A stretch of DNA of 64,000 bases from Raja brachyura (Eukaryota): assembly GCA_963514005.1 (NCBI GenBank), contig OY740807.1:34906001-34970000 (forward strand). Direction: 5' to 3'. Within the stretch, counting starts at the first letter, position 1, and each line of letters starts with the position of its first letter. Under the pieces are notes generated by a model. The model made no database searches. It saw only the letters and a list, made by a program, of their open reading frames with translations, and was not told where the DNA came from. The translations under genes were made by a program, and so were the position numbers. Shown here in pieces: positions 50,280-62,432 of the stretch.

Positions 50280-52340
50280 TTTATTCAAGTCACACATTCC
50301 AGCCACTGTATTTATTGACTTTTTTTTAATAGTTACAGATGAACAGGTTCACTCCATATACAATTACAAGTACAGTTTTTACAGCTTGTATTACAATACT
50401 TCACTGCCATATTTACAAAGCACTTATGTACATAAAAATCTTCCAATTCAGTGCAATGTCAATATTTTTACAAGAATTTACAAAATAAGATGTAATGTAG
50501 TTTCTCAGATAATTTAATAAATTCTTCAGTTATTAATGATTTAATTTAATAAAAAAGAATATTTTTCAACCATTATATCTATAACAGACTTGTAAGAACA
50601 CACAATAACAGCAGTAGATTGCACTACTTGCCCTTATTTCAGGATTGTGAGTGAGAGGATGGTTTAAAATACTCATTTCTCACACAATCATTCACTCAGG
50701 CATTTTGTTTTAAACTCATGTAGAACATAAAAAGAGGAACAATTCTGGAAACACAAATTAACGTAAAGCTGTTGATTTGTTCTTAACGATGTGCAGTGGT
50801 ACTTTTCCAGAAGTTTCAAAATACACTAAACTGTTTAATGTTAAGTGCACAAACTCTGCTGTGTAGATAAGCAAGGCATGATTAATTAGAATGCCAAGCA
50901 ATGAGGCAGAGTATTTCGCCATCAATCTTGAAGGAGGTTTAACTGTGCAACACTGACTAAAATGACAAAAAGAAATAAAACAAAGACACACATTACATTA
51001 CATTGTGTTTTCCAATGTTCCCCTTTAGCAGAGCTTAATTAGTAGTCTTTATACATATATATTTAAGACCATCAGAGTAGCTGTAGGATGTTGCAGGATA
51101 TCAATAAAAATCACATTGGGTGGGAATTGCAATCACCTCTAAAGGCAAAACACTGTTCAATCATAGTACCTAACTCTGGAAATCAAACTCTGTTCCAGTT
51201 TCGAATATAGCAAAATAGATCAGGAAATCGTGTGTTTCGGTGAACTAGGATTTGTTCATGCCAGAAAAAACTTCTGTCCAAAAATCCATTGATGTGTACT
51301 GAGGCTTTGCAGCTCAAGTAATGACACCAAGTTAAAAATCCAAACAGATGTTAAATTTAAACCAAGAATCAATTGTGTCCAAAATAATAGTAATGCAATG
51401 CAGGCCTAAACAAAATCATATTGTATTTAGCAGTGCTGAAAATGCAGGGAGATTTTGATGCAACAATATCAAACCTTCAAAATAAGGTTTCTTCAGGTTC
51501 ATTATAATGAAAATGAACAACCTAAAAATAGTTTAGGATATATTCATAATAAATATGAATTGTTAACAGTACAGAAACTGTCCAGACCGGTGTAGCATTA
51601 TCTGATTTACAAAATGTCATTTTAAGGGTCACAAGGGTCTATGTTCACACGAATCAGACAAAAATGTGGTAAATTCAAGAAACACAACCCAACTTAGCAT
51701 TACCTTTTTAAATTGATGCTGTGTAAATTCATTGTTAGTTTTATCAAGAGTTCAATTGGTTATGGCACATATGTTATCATTTTTCAGGATTTTACATTAA
51801 AAAATGTATTCTCCTGAATTTGTTTAAAATATTAATGTTCCTACTGCTCTGTAACATTAAAAATACAAGCTGAAGTAGTAGTTTAGAAAGGTAACAAATG
51901 TAAACTGTGTTTCATGAACTATTCACTCAAAATTCATTCGGGGAAAAAATAGTGTACATGGATAGTTATAACTCTGTTAGAATTAAAATGCTGTAGCCCA
52001 AGTTTTAGTACGTTTCAATTTCCTCCTGACATGCTACCATTCTGGTCTCGTCAACACAATGTATGAAACCCAAACACTTTAAGAAAAGGAGGTAGCAGAT
52101 CACATTGGCTACTGACACAAGTTGCAAAGAGCAACTAGAAAGAGAGAAAAAAAAAATCAGTATAACCATCTGTTTTCAACTTCTACGTGTTTTTCTTGTG
52201 CTTCATAATCACATAAAAGAATTTGCAGAAGCAGCATATTTTGAGCAGAAAACCTGTCCAACCCTGAAATTCTCAACTTGGAGTGTTTTGTTGCCAGTCT
52301 TTGAGCAAACACATGGCATCTGCTGAATGGAAGAACACAT
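50280..52340 (-). other. USP32: USP32 3'UTR (~2 kb) with polyadenylation signals
   Basis: Repeat-free AT-rich stretch after the stop codon; minus-strand AATAAA at 50311-50316 and 50280-50285, ATTAAA near 50325. The exact 3' end is inferred. Confidence 0.7.
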
Positions 52341-52514
52341 TCATTGCAGAATACAGTACTTTTTATAATCAGATTCAAAATCTTCATCCATACTACTAGT
52401 GTCTGCCATCTTCTTGCCTTCTGTCTTTGGCAGGAACTGTGCATAGTCCACACCTTGCTGCTCATAGAAAAGGATGTAGGCCGAGTCAGTATCAATTTCA
52501 TCAGGGTGTACCTC
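52341..52514 (-). CDS. USP32: USP32 last coding exon: EVHPDEIDTDSAYILFYEQ...DYKKYCILQ* (C-terminal CaaX-type motif CILQ)
   Basis: cttgcag|GAGGTACAC...CAA TGA; AYILFY box; ORF 52341..52541. Confidence 0.97.
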   Translation of the reverse strand, partial: EVHPDEIDTDSAYILFYEQQGVDYAQFLPKTEGKKMADTSSMDEDFESDYKKYCILQ

Positions 52515-53129
52515 CTGCAAGAGAGAGACAATTGGGTCCATTTAATGGCAGGCACAGGAATCAAAGCAAGATACATTTCTGAAAAATAAGGCAGGGTGAT
52601 CTTCCCTTCTAACAAAATATAAAGGGTCATATTATCCAATTAAGGCACTAATTATCAAAGCATGTGGTCCCTGGAAGTGAAGGTGAAAATTAGAGGACAG
52701 TCAGTAAATCCACCTCAACTTTCACCGTAGGTTCAGCTCAGTAGTTAGAAATTAAATTGTTATCCATTTATATTTGACAAAAGGTAGTGTATTCTAATAA
52801 AGACATCTTGGCTGTTTCCAAATGTCATTCCTCTGAAGTCCACCCACCTCCATGGCTTTTACCTTGAGCTTCATTGTGGTATTACAAAGCCTCACATTCC
52901 TGAACCACACCGAACCTCACTGCCCACATTCAATCACTAAGAGATACATTTAGATTTTACTAATTGGCCATGCTGAGAAAATTAGGGTCTAGTGTCATAT
53001 CTTGAGATAGCTGAGGTGAGTGATCTAAGGTGAGGTGAGTGAGCTAAGATACTTAAAACTATACAATGTTCATTCAAGTCGCAGCATTTAATTAAGATGT
53101 ACTGACACGATTCTGCTTCATAAACTTAC

Positions 53130-53222
53130 CTTACAGCTACTGTCATTGTAACAGTACCACTTTCCATTGGGGTTTTTGGCATATGTGACATAATGGCCTC
53201 CTCCCAAGATTCCCGAATGGCA
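53130..53222 (-). CDS. USP32: USP32 exon with catalytic His box: CHSGILGGGHYVTYAKNPNGKWYCYNDSSCK
   Basis: tttatcag|TGCCAT...TGTAAG|gtaagt; 93 nt; USP HxGxxxxGHY and W..YND motifs. Confidence 0.98.
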
Positions 53223-54783
53223 CTGATAAATGTGAAAAATAGTAAAACAGTTTAATTTTGTGGCCAACAGAATTTTAATTATTTTCAATTTATTATGTGC
53301 TATCCTTAATTCATTGCAAATGTCACAAATAATTATCTCACGAGAAATACCACTTGGAATATTCAGAAAGTGGAGTTAACAAAGAAACTAATGGCAACTG
53401 AATAACATTTTTATTTTTAGAGTCCTTATCTCTACTTAGGCTTTTAACATTTTGTGCAAAGGAGGAACATCCCCTTGGTAACATTTGTACTTTCCTACCA
53501 TGTAAGAGAAACACTGCAGAACTGAGATCATAAAGATGAAATTAATTGAAAATGAACATTACCGATGCCACTTATTCAGTAAAATAATTCAATTTCTCTT
53601 AAATTAATCTCCATGTTAACTTAAAAATATATTCTCTCCAATTAGAAACCTTTGAAAGGAAAATATCCTTCTTACTTTGTCGTGAAATCTGAATTTTTAT
53701 TCCTTGATTTTTCCTTTGTAACATAGAAAACAACCCAACTTAGGGAGTCTATCGTCAAAATTCAAATTCTCCATGTCTAGCAATACCCTTGAAAATTTCA
53801 AACATTTAAGAATTTCAGACTTCGATGGTACAAGATGGAGCCTAAAAGTGGCAGCTTTTCTGTACGGACTCAGTGTGGTCTATTAGTTTACCCAATTAAG
53901 TCATTGTTCCCTCAGTAGGATTACAACTTAGTGTGGTGATTAGAACCACACTATACTCTAGCTTTAGCATATATGATGTTTAAAATAGTTCCACCATTAA
54001 TTTCTTGCTTGCTGTCTATGCTTCAGCTAATAAAAGGGCAATATCCAGTCTCGGTCAACTCTGATTCAGTCTCCGTCAACTCTGATGGTATTCCCTTGAG
54101 GAAGCATTGCTTTCTCCAGCGTCCAGAAGCCTAACCAGTTAGGGATGCTAACATAATCTGCTTGACCCTACTGCTCTGTCTTGTAGTCACCCAGATGTTT
54201 GCAGAAGTTTCACTTTAACATTCCACACATTCCTTTAAAAAAGTTTTTAATCATGATCACATTCTTTTCCTATTCACTGAATATGAATTTGTCTTTTTGG
54301 ACAGTGCTTAGTTATGTTTTCTAAATGTGACAACCTCTTGAACTGGATACTGGATAATTGGGGGGGGGGGGAGATGCTCTGGACATTAGAAATATCAATT
54401 ACAGTTATGCAGAAACTTCACTTTTACTATGCAGTCGGGCAGGAAATACTGAATGCTGGTCAGTAAACTGCAGGTTAGTGGAGTTTATATTTCAACCCCG
54501 AATAACGTATATATTGGAGCTTCCTTCAGACAGTCCTGTGACAATCTACTTGTGGATCACTTCAAATGTTGTTCTTGTATTCAAGAATGTGATAGGTTAA
54601 CCAATTTCTAAATTGGGCAAATTCACCTTGCTGAACAAGGGAATGGAGTCGATGAAAAATACAATTAAAATAAAAAGAAATAACGTTAACTAATTTCAAA
54701 TCTCAGTTAATGCACTATACATTTTAATATTCAAAAACAACTTTGATTACTCCATGCAATTGACATAAAATGGCTCATCTTAC

Positions 54784-55253
54784 CGAGATTGCATATAAGT
54801 TATATAGAGGCTTCAAACGGACTGAATCTCTTTGGTCATCTGCAGATACATCTTCAATTGTGTTGCTTTCACACTCTCCATTAATAATACAACTTCCAAA
54901 TCCATTCTGCTGTTTGTTGTGACACACTCCATTGACTACAATCAATTCCGTGTTTGCAACAACCTCCGGCCTTACTCCCTCGTTGTCCCCCCCAGAGCAG
55001 TCTGCCGTATCAATATCATCTACGACTTGGTCCAAGTGGGCATTTCTGACATTCTTTATCTCTAATATCTGATCCACATTACAGTTAGTCTCTTTGCTTT
55101 CATCCAGGTTTTCTTTACTGTTTGAAAGTTTGTTCTTCCCAAGTTGGGGTAAGCGTAGTCGACCTCTGCTTTTTCCTTGTTTCGGGCTGTTTGTAGGGCT
55201 GTTGTTTTTGCTTGACGAATTATTCTGATTTTTTCTTCCTGAAGGTGGAGATG
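54784..55253 (-). CDS. USP32: USP32 long exon: (A)SPPSGRKNQ...GRLRLPQLGKNKLSNSKENL...LKPLYNLYAIS
   Basis: Inside ORF 54775..55365; donor TCG|gtaaga; acceptor caacttcag|CATCT (alternative at 55272); conserved GRLRLPQ and YNLYAIS. Confidence 0.92.
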
Positions 55254-56019
55254 CTGAAGTTGAAGACAAAAGCTGAAAATAAGCATTTACCCTACCACCA
55301 GCAAGTCCCTCTGGTTCATTAAAATATTTGATTACGAAAATTAACACAACCTGCTGAAATCGCAAGGCTAAATGAGTTATGTGACAATTGATTTCTACAG
55401 TAATCCTCCACTTTATTTACATTAGAACAGAACAAGTACAGGTTTTTCAGCCAATAATGTCTGTGCCGAACATGAATCAAAACCCACTCTTATATGCCTG
55501 CATATAATCCATAATCTCTCCTGCAAAACCATGTGCCTATCTAAAAGCCTCAAATGTCACCATCGTATCTGCCCCCACCACTCCCATTGGCAGCGTGTTC
55601 TATGCGCCCACCACTTTGTGTAAAATGCTTTCCTTGCTTATCATTAAACATTGCCCCGCTGACACTAAAACAATGCCATCTGGTTTTTGCTATTTCCATT
55701 CTGGGGAAAAAGGTTCCAACGGTCTACCCTATAGATGTCTCTCATAGAAAACAATCCAAGTCTGTCTAACCTCTCTTTGTAGCTAATACCCTCTAATCCG
55801 GGCCTCATTCTGCTAAACCTTCGCACCCGTTCCAAAGCGTTCATCTCCTTCCTGTATCGGAGCAAACATACTGCACGCTATATTCCAATTAACAAAAACG
55901 TTGATAGATTTTAAAAAAATTTAGAGATATCCAATTATAAGATAAACTGACATTCAAATAACAAACATGATCATAACATAAAACCAAACCATATGATAAA
56001 AATGACAAATGTCAAGTAC

Positions 56020-56266
56020 CTTTCAAATTTAAATTTCCTACGTTTACACCAGATTGTACTCCAAGACAGTCACCAGTTACCAATTCTTGGGTATTCCTCA
56101 AATCAGATTTCTTCAGTCCCACTTGTGCTGCCTGTTGCTCAGTCTGCTTCGAATCAAGGGGTACCAAAAAGGCACCAGGGTCAAAACCTTCCCGGGGGAA
56201 TTTAACAATCTTTTGCGATTTAATCCAGCGGCCATTAACAAACTGGAATCTTTTCAAGTGAATTAT
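56020..56266 (-). CDS. USP32: USP32 exon: IIHLKRFQFVNGRWIKSQKIVKFP...GNLNLK(A)
   Basis: ttgacag|ATAATTCAC; USP LKRF box; phase-1 donor AAAG|gtactt (an alternative phase-0 donor at 56042 is possible). Confidence 0.9.
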
Positions 56267-56617
56267 CTGTCAATAAATAAAATGCATAGAACCAGTTAGT
56301 TTATGTTTATTTTTAATTTATGAATTATTTTAGACCTAGGAACTTAAATTTTTTATTGCTCAAATTGAATACACTAAATTATCAATTTACTTTTACTTTG
56401 AAGCCCGAGTGATAATCGTAATAATAAAAATCAGTGCCTTTTCTGGTTCTCTGAACATCGTTTTGCATGCACCATTTACCAAATGATAATTTAAAATAAA
56501 ATTACATTATAGAAATCAAAGGCTTTGAACAAAATTACTTTTGCTTTTTATATATAGAGTACATGTTATTTAAGTCTGCCAGAGCTCAACAAAAGCAAGA
56601 TCGTTTATTCTCAGTAC

Positions 56618-56809
56618 CAAGATTGGTGGAAGCCTCCAGAGATCAAGTTTCTTTGTTGCCAGGCGATGAGTCTTGCATTTGGAGCAATAATACAGCTCGT
56701 CCTCGCCCAATTCCTCCTCGCTCGTGAAACCCCGGAGGCAGCTGTCCAAATTAATAGGCTCTGCTTGCGCTCGACGACTTTGCTCAACACTTTCATGCTC
56801 CTCACATAT
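56618..56809 (-). CDS. USP32: USP32 exon: ICEEHESVEQSRRAQAEPINLDSCL...YYCSKCKTHRLATKKLDLWRLPPIL
   Basis: tgtcag|ATATGT...ATCTTG|gtactg; 192 nt; contains the USP zinc-finger CxxC. Confidence 0.97.
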
Positions 56810-57010
56810 CTGACAATTAAAATGCATAATTAATCCTGGTCTCCATGCAGCATCTTTGCGCAACGTGGCTGCCTACGTGTATGTTGTGTTAGCACATGCA
56901 TTTTCTGTGTGGAGTTGTTAATTTAGACAAAGAAATACAAAACAAAATTAAAAATATGAAATAACGTCTACCACCACGTAAAATTGCTGCAGATTGAGTA
57001 AAATACTTAC

Positions 57011-57131
57011 CCTCTCTTGTGAAGTCTGATATCGGAGGTGTAAAGCAGTTGGATCCCAGTCAATGGCTATATAAGCATTCCCAACACTCGCTCTTTGATC
57101 GTTACATTCAATCTTGCACCCACGGCAAAAT
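57011..57131 (-). CDS. USP32: USP32 exon: (R)FCRGCKIECNDQRASVGNAYIAIDWDPTALHLRYQTSQER
   Basis: gctgtag|ATTTTGC...GAGAGG|gtaagt; 121 nt. Confidence 0.96.
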
Positions 57132-57589
57132 CTACAGCGGGACAAAAAGAGTACAAGCATTGTACAAATGAGGAAATATGATACTGGTGCCACTTCAATA
57201 AAAGATTCATGTAAATTAACAGCACAAATGTCTATGGATTATTAAATATTTTCCGTATTCTTTATTTTAACCAGCAAAAGACTTGGTACCTTTTTTAAAA
57301 ATTGCATGATTTTGTTCTTATTTTTTTATATTTTATTATCTCTTGCACATAATGGTAGACTGTTGGTTGTAAGCAATTCACCAATCTTGCTCCAAAGATA
57401 TTTAGTCACTTCAGTTCATTAAATTCATTCCGCAGATATCAGGGGTCCTACTGATGGGACAATGACTACTTAAAAATGACATTTTATCTGCTGAGCAGAT
57501 GTCATAGAAGGCTGGGGCTGCAGTCTATATTCTTTTTTTGTGAACGTATAAAATTAATTGACTGAACACTTGGCTAAGACCTTAATACC

Positions 57590-58812
57590 CACTTAAGACC
57601 CACTGTAGTTCGCCTACCGCCACAACAGATCAACGGTGGATGCAATCTCGCTGGCTCTCCACTCCGCTCTGGACCACTTAGACAACAAAAACTCATATGT
57701 CAGGCTGTTATTCATTGATTACAGCTCAGCATTTAATACAATCATCCCCTCCAAGCTGGTTACCAAACTCGCAGAACTGGGTCTCTGCGCACCCCTCTGC
57801 AATTGGATCCTCGACTTCCTCATTCACAGACCACAGACTGTTCGAATTGGTGGAAAGGTGTCAGCCTCGATAACAATCACACGGGAGCACCTCAAGGCTG
57901 CGTGCTCAGCCCCCTGCTCTATGCACTCTATACTCATGACTGCGTAGCCGGTCATAGTGCGAACTCCATCATTAAGATCGCTGACGACACCACTGTTGTG
58001 GGATGTATCACTGATGGGGACGAGTCAGAGTATAGAAGAGAAATCGACCGACTGACCAAATGGTGCCAGCACAATAACCTGGCCCTCAACACCAGCAAAA
58101 CCAAGGAACTGATTGTGGACTTCGGAAGAGGTAGGATGGGAACCCGCAGTCCCATTTATATCAACGGGTCGATGGTGGAAAGAGTCAAGAGCTTCCAATT
58201 CCTGGGAGTGCACATCTCTGAAGATCTCTCCTGCTCCGAGAACAATGATGTAATCATAATCAGCGCCTCTACTTCCTGAGAAGGTTACGGAGAGTCGGTT
58301 TGTCAAGGAGGACGCTCTCTAACGTCTACAGGTGCACAGTAGAGAGCATGATGACTGGTTGCATCGTGGCTTGGTTCGGCAACTTGACTCTGTCATCGAC
58401 TCTAACCTCCCTACCATTGAGGGGATCTATCGCAGTCGCTGCCTCAAAAAGGCTGGAAGCATCATCAAGGACCCACACCATCCTGGCCACACACTCATCT
58501 CAACACTACCTTCAGGTAGAAGGTACAGGAGCCTGAAGACTGCAATGTCCAGGTTCCGAAATAGCTACTTCCCCACATCCATCAGGCTATTAAACTCAAC
58601 TCAAACAAAACTCTGAACATTAATGGCCCATTATCTGTTTACTTGCACTTTGTTTATTTATTGATGTGTGTATATATTTATATAATGGTATATGGACACA
58701 CTGATCTGTTCTGTATTCATGCCTACTATATTTTGTTGTGCTGAAGCAAAGCAAGAATTTCATTGTCCTATCTGGGACACATGACAATAAACTCTCTTGA
58801 ATCTCTTGAATA
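57590..58812 (+). mobile_element. Rex1/Babar-clade LINE 3' fragment, antisense within a USP32 intron
   Basis: ORFs 57636..57947 and 57803..58279: [48 protein letters not shown]; tail tctcttgaa repeats. Confidence 0.9.
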
Positions 58813-58902
58813 CAATTATGTTTTTAATGATCATAAAACACTTGTTAATCTTGCAAGGTCATTGCAACTGACAAAAGGGAACTAGCCAAGTCTTGTCCTT
58901 AC

Positions 58903-58989
58903 CTGTACCATGAACACCACGAACAGGAATTTCCATCCTTATGAACAACTCGAAGAGTGAATGGATATTGATAACCCATACTGTCATCA
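58903..58989 (-). CDS. USP32: USP32 exon: (C)DDSMGYQYPFTLRVVHKDGNSCSWCSWY(R)
   Basis: ttctag|TGATGAC...TGGTACAG|gtaagg; 87 nt, phase 2 to 2. Confidence 0.95.
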
Positions 58990-60348
58990 CTAGAATATAG
59001 ATACACAAGATATTAACCTTACAAAAGGAAATACATCAAGTGGATTAAAAAGTTTACCTCATAAATTAAAAAATCAACAAGCAAGAATTCCTAAAGATGC
59101 ACCAGGAAAGAACATTAAAAAAAGAGTAACTAAATATCTGTGACCAAACATAAAATGGAACTGATTCTGTTAAAAATAATCGAGAGAATAGTTTACCCAA
59201 ATTGAACCTATAAGGACATTAAATAAGATTAAACAAACTGACATTTGTTGATGTACCTGCGCATCCTTAACTCCAAGTGCTTCAATTACAACAAGCAGAG
59301 CCCATTTTGACAAAGTGGCTAACAGCTTTCAGTCAGTGTGGGAATGAACTGGATCAAGATTTCGTCATTAATCTAGGCAGATATAACTGTCAATTTACAC
59401 ATCCTGGATCTCAAATTGTCCAGGAAAGTGTTTTTCTACCAACTTTGAATGAGGTATTCATGTCTAGTTTAGTTTGTCGTCAAGTGTACCGAGGTACAGT
59501 AAAAGGCTTATGTGGGCCAGGACAATAGGAAACTTTATGATTGTAGCACTGTTACTTCAGTCTCGATTATATGTCCATGTTTTTGAAGTTGGGCTTGTAT
59601 CACACTCTTCTGATTTCCAAGGAAGAGTCATAGAGTCATTCAGCACAGAAACAGGCCTTTCAGCCCAACTTGGCCATGCCGACAAAAGTTGATAACTTTG
59701 ACAATGATGAGGTTAATTGTATAGACTTTCCATTGCTTCTTGTTGGCCACAGCAAACTTGCCTAATTTTGTCGTGGTAGATGTCAATTTAAAAATTAATA
59801 TAAATCACAATGTAATTAGCAGAGATTCAATGGATGAGTTGGGGCAAAGTTGTACGACTATGACTGTTTGTGACTGCTTTGTTGGAGATCAATAATAACA
59901 GGACTGTTTTCTGCTAAATGCAAAATCCAGCCCCAAAATCTAGCAAAGGCCGAATCCTGAAGCTTTCTAAAATGGATTTTTGTGCCAATCACTTGTATTA
60001 TCATTTATTTTGCAGTAACATGCATTTAATGACAATGTAACAGTTCTATACAACATATTAACTTAGAAGTTAATGGAACACATTACAGCAAGGAAAATTG
60101 CACATGAATAATGTTTGCACAGCACTATTTATGCATAATTCTGAATTGATGCTTAATCCACCATGGAAGTCAAGCCTGCCAAACCTCCACAATCATTCCA
60201 GCACAACGTCATAGAATAAAATCCAATCTTATTAGAAATGCTCTTACACTGTAAATAGCATTTACATGCTCTGTGGTAAACTATATTAGAACTTGTATCA
60301 TATTTTATACACACTGTGGAATAAATATTAATTACTATCTGCACTGAC

Positions 60349-60533
60349 CAGTCTTGAGCATGGTTGCTGGCTTCTTGAGGTGGCAAAGGACTGGCAAGTC
60401 GTGAAACCTGTATCCATACAGCATCGTAGAGGTCCTTCTTGCGAGTATGTATGGTGCAGGGCACAATAAGTGGCATACCGAATAAACTGGGGCGATTTTT
60501 CTGAGAGGACAGAAAATACAATTCTGTTCTCAT
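60349..60533 (-). CDS. USP32: USP32 exon: MRTELYFLSSQKNRPSLFGMPLIVPC...PPQEASNHAQD(C)
   Basis: gcacag|ATGAGA...GACTG|gtcagt; 185 nt; highly conserved USP32/USP6 peptide. Confidence 0.96.
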
Positions 60534-61020
60534 CTGTGCAAAAGATAAATAAAGTATATTAGAAGCCATAATACTCATGAAACAAAGATCAAAAAGATTC
60601 CTGGGTACACAGATAATAAAAGGAATGGATACAAAATGTTGGATTAACTCAGTGGGTCAGGCAGCATCTCTGGAGAAAAGGAGTAGGTGACGTTTCAGGT
60701 CGAGACCCTTCGTCAGACTCTGAAAGAGTATTATTAACATCTTAGAGGGATGAACTGCACAAAACAATTCCTAGGTTTGTAATAGTCAGTCATATTTTGA
60801 CAATGATATAACCCCATGTCTAATTCTCATTTTCCATTCTCATTCTTTAAATACTCTCCATTACTTCAGCAAAGTCAAAAGCTGTGTTGTATAGACCAAC
60901 TCCATATTTTTACATTTAACTGTCATAATTTCTTTGATGTATATGAAAAATAGATTAGATTTAGAAATTATAATAAAGGTAATTTAAATTTTTAATAGCC
61001 ATTTTGAACCAATACATTAC

Positions 61021-61232
61021 CATTTTCCTGTGAACTGCAATAATGTATCCTATGAATGGACTGTCATTAAACCCTGGCAGGTGTCCATTGGGGAGCCCGT
61101 TGGAGATGCTCTTCTCATTGTCAGCTGGCACCTCTGTGCAGGGAATTCCATTCGGAATCAGGTTTGGCTTCATTGGATTTGCATTCGAAGACTGGTTATG
61201 CATTCCATTACCTGTTGGCACCTGGGAGGAAT
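61021..61232 (-). CDS. USP32: USP32 exon: (D)SSQVPTGNG...FNDSPFIGYIIAVHRKM
   Basis: Inside ORF 60961..61221; donor ATG|gtaatg. The phase-1 acceptor tttgtaag|AT was chosen to fit the upstream exon and is less certain. Confidence 0.88.
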
Positions 61233-61430
61233 CTTACAAATAGAAAAAAACTATGCTTTAATAAATAATGCAAAATGATTTCAAAATATTTTGTAGACAA
61301 ATATTATCTTGTGTTATTTATGTTTTATGGGACAATCAAAACTCCAACTACACAGGTCACCCCATCTCCCCCCGGCTCTGTCCCTTACATTTCAGTTGCA
61401 GAAGTCAGATCTGCTTTAACGAGAGTACAC

Positions 61431-61818
61431 AAAAGGCTGGAGAAACGCAGCGGGTGCAGCAGCATCTAAGGAGCGAAGGAGATAGGCGACGTTTCGGGTC
61501 GAGACCCTTCTTCAGACTGGTTAGGGATCAGGGAAACGAGAGATATAGACGGTGATGTGGAGAGATAAAGAACAATGAATGAAAGATATGCAAAAAAGTA
61601 TCGATGATAAAGGAAACAGGCCATTGTAAGCTGTTTGTAGTGTGAAAATGAGAAGCTAGTGCGACTTAGGTGGGGGAGAGATAGGGAGAGAGGGAATGCC
61701 AGGGCCCGAGGGCTGAGAGAGAGGTGGGAAGGGGAGGAGACAGCAAGGGTTAACAGAATTGAGAAAATTCAATGTCCCTCGATTCTCCAGCATCTGCAGT
61801 TCCTTCTTTAACACTTTG
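61431..61818. mobile_element. Penelope-derived non-autonomous element with an intact hammerhead motif (61488-61515, minus), inserted in a Rex1-like LINE fragment
   Basis: Flanking ~21-bp direct repeat tctgctttaacgag(a/g)gta(c/t)ac at 61410-61430 and 61819-61839; family arms gctggagaaac...gcagcatct. Confidence 0.7.
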
Positions 61819-62334
61819 TCTGCTTTAACGAGGGTATACTCTCAGAAAACATCTGGCCCAGATGGAGTCCCTGGACAGGTTCTGAAATCAACTTCAACTG
61901 GCCATATTCTTCGTCCTTAGTTTTATTCTCGCTCAATCTCCATTCTCAAAACACCATATTTCTCAACCTACCTTCACCAATAAACTCAGAGACCAACCTC
62001 AGTTCAATGGGGAATGGAAAAGATCATGCAGAAGCCAACCTATTAAAGTGAGTGAACCTAAGACTACATTAAATAATAATATGCCTGCTGAAATAATAGT
62101 GTGTTGTAAACCAGCATCAGCAGTCACACAACAAATGGACTCAATCAATTAAAGCTCTACTCTTGCCAAATGTAGTCATGAATAATCACCAATGCTCATA
62201 TTGCTAAGTGTCAGTCATGGTTTAACCACCAGAGGAGGCTGTCCATAAAAATTTATATCCATGATGGTGGCACCCAATATAACTCAAAAGATGAGCACTA
62301 GCGATTATTTGCAGCCTTCGGGACCACGATGAGA

Positions 62335-62432
62335 CCTCACTTCCATCCCCTCATCCGCACCCTCCCTCCATCTTCACATCCTTGCCCTCATCCCTCCCTC
62401 TCATCCTCCATCCCCGCCTCCCTCCATCCTCA
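62335..62432. repeat. Pyrimidine-rich low-complexity (CCATCC/CCTC-like) tract
   Basis: Visible directly in the sequence. Confidence 0.7.

Noticed and set aside
46330-50280. CA4 or ASL exons expected from mammalian synteny
   Set aside because: No carbonic anhydrase or argininosuccinate lyase peptide in any listed ORF or by eye; only repeats and AT-rich spacer.
55273-55365. N-terminal extension of ORF 54775..55365 and similar ORF overhangs at other USP32 exons
   Set aside because: Intronic read-through of the ORF caller beyond the splice sites.
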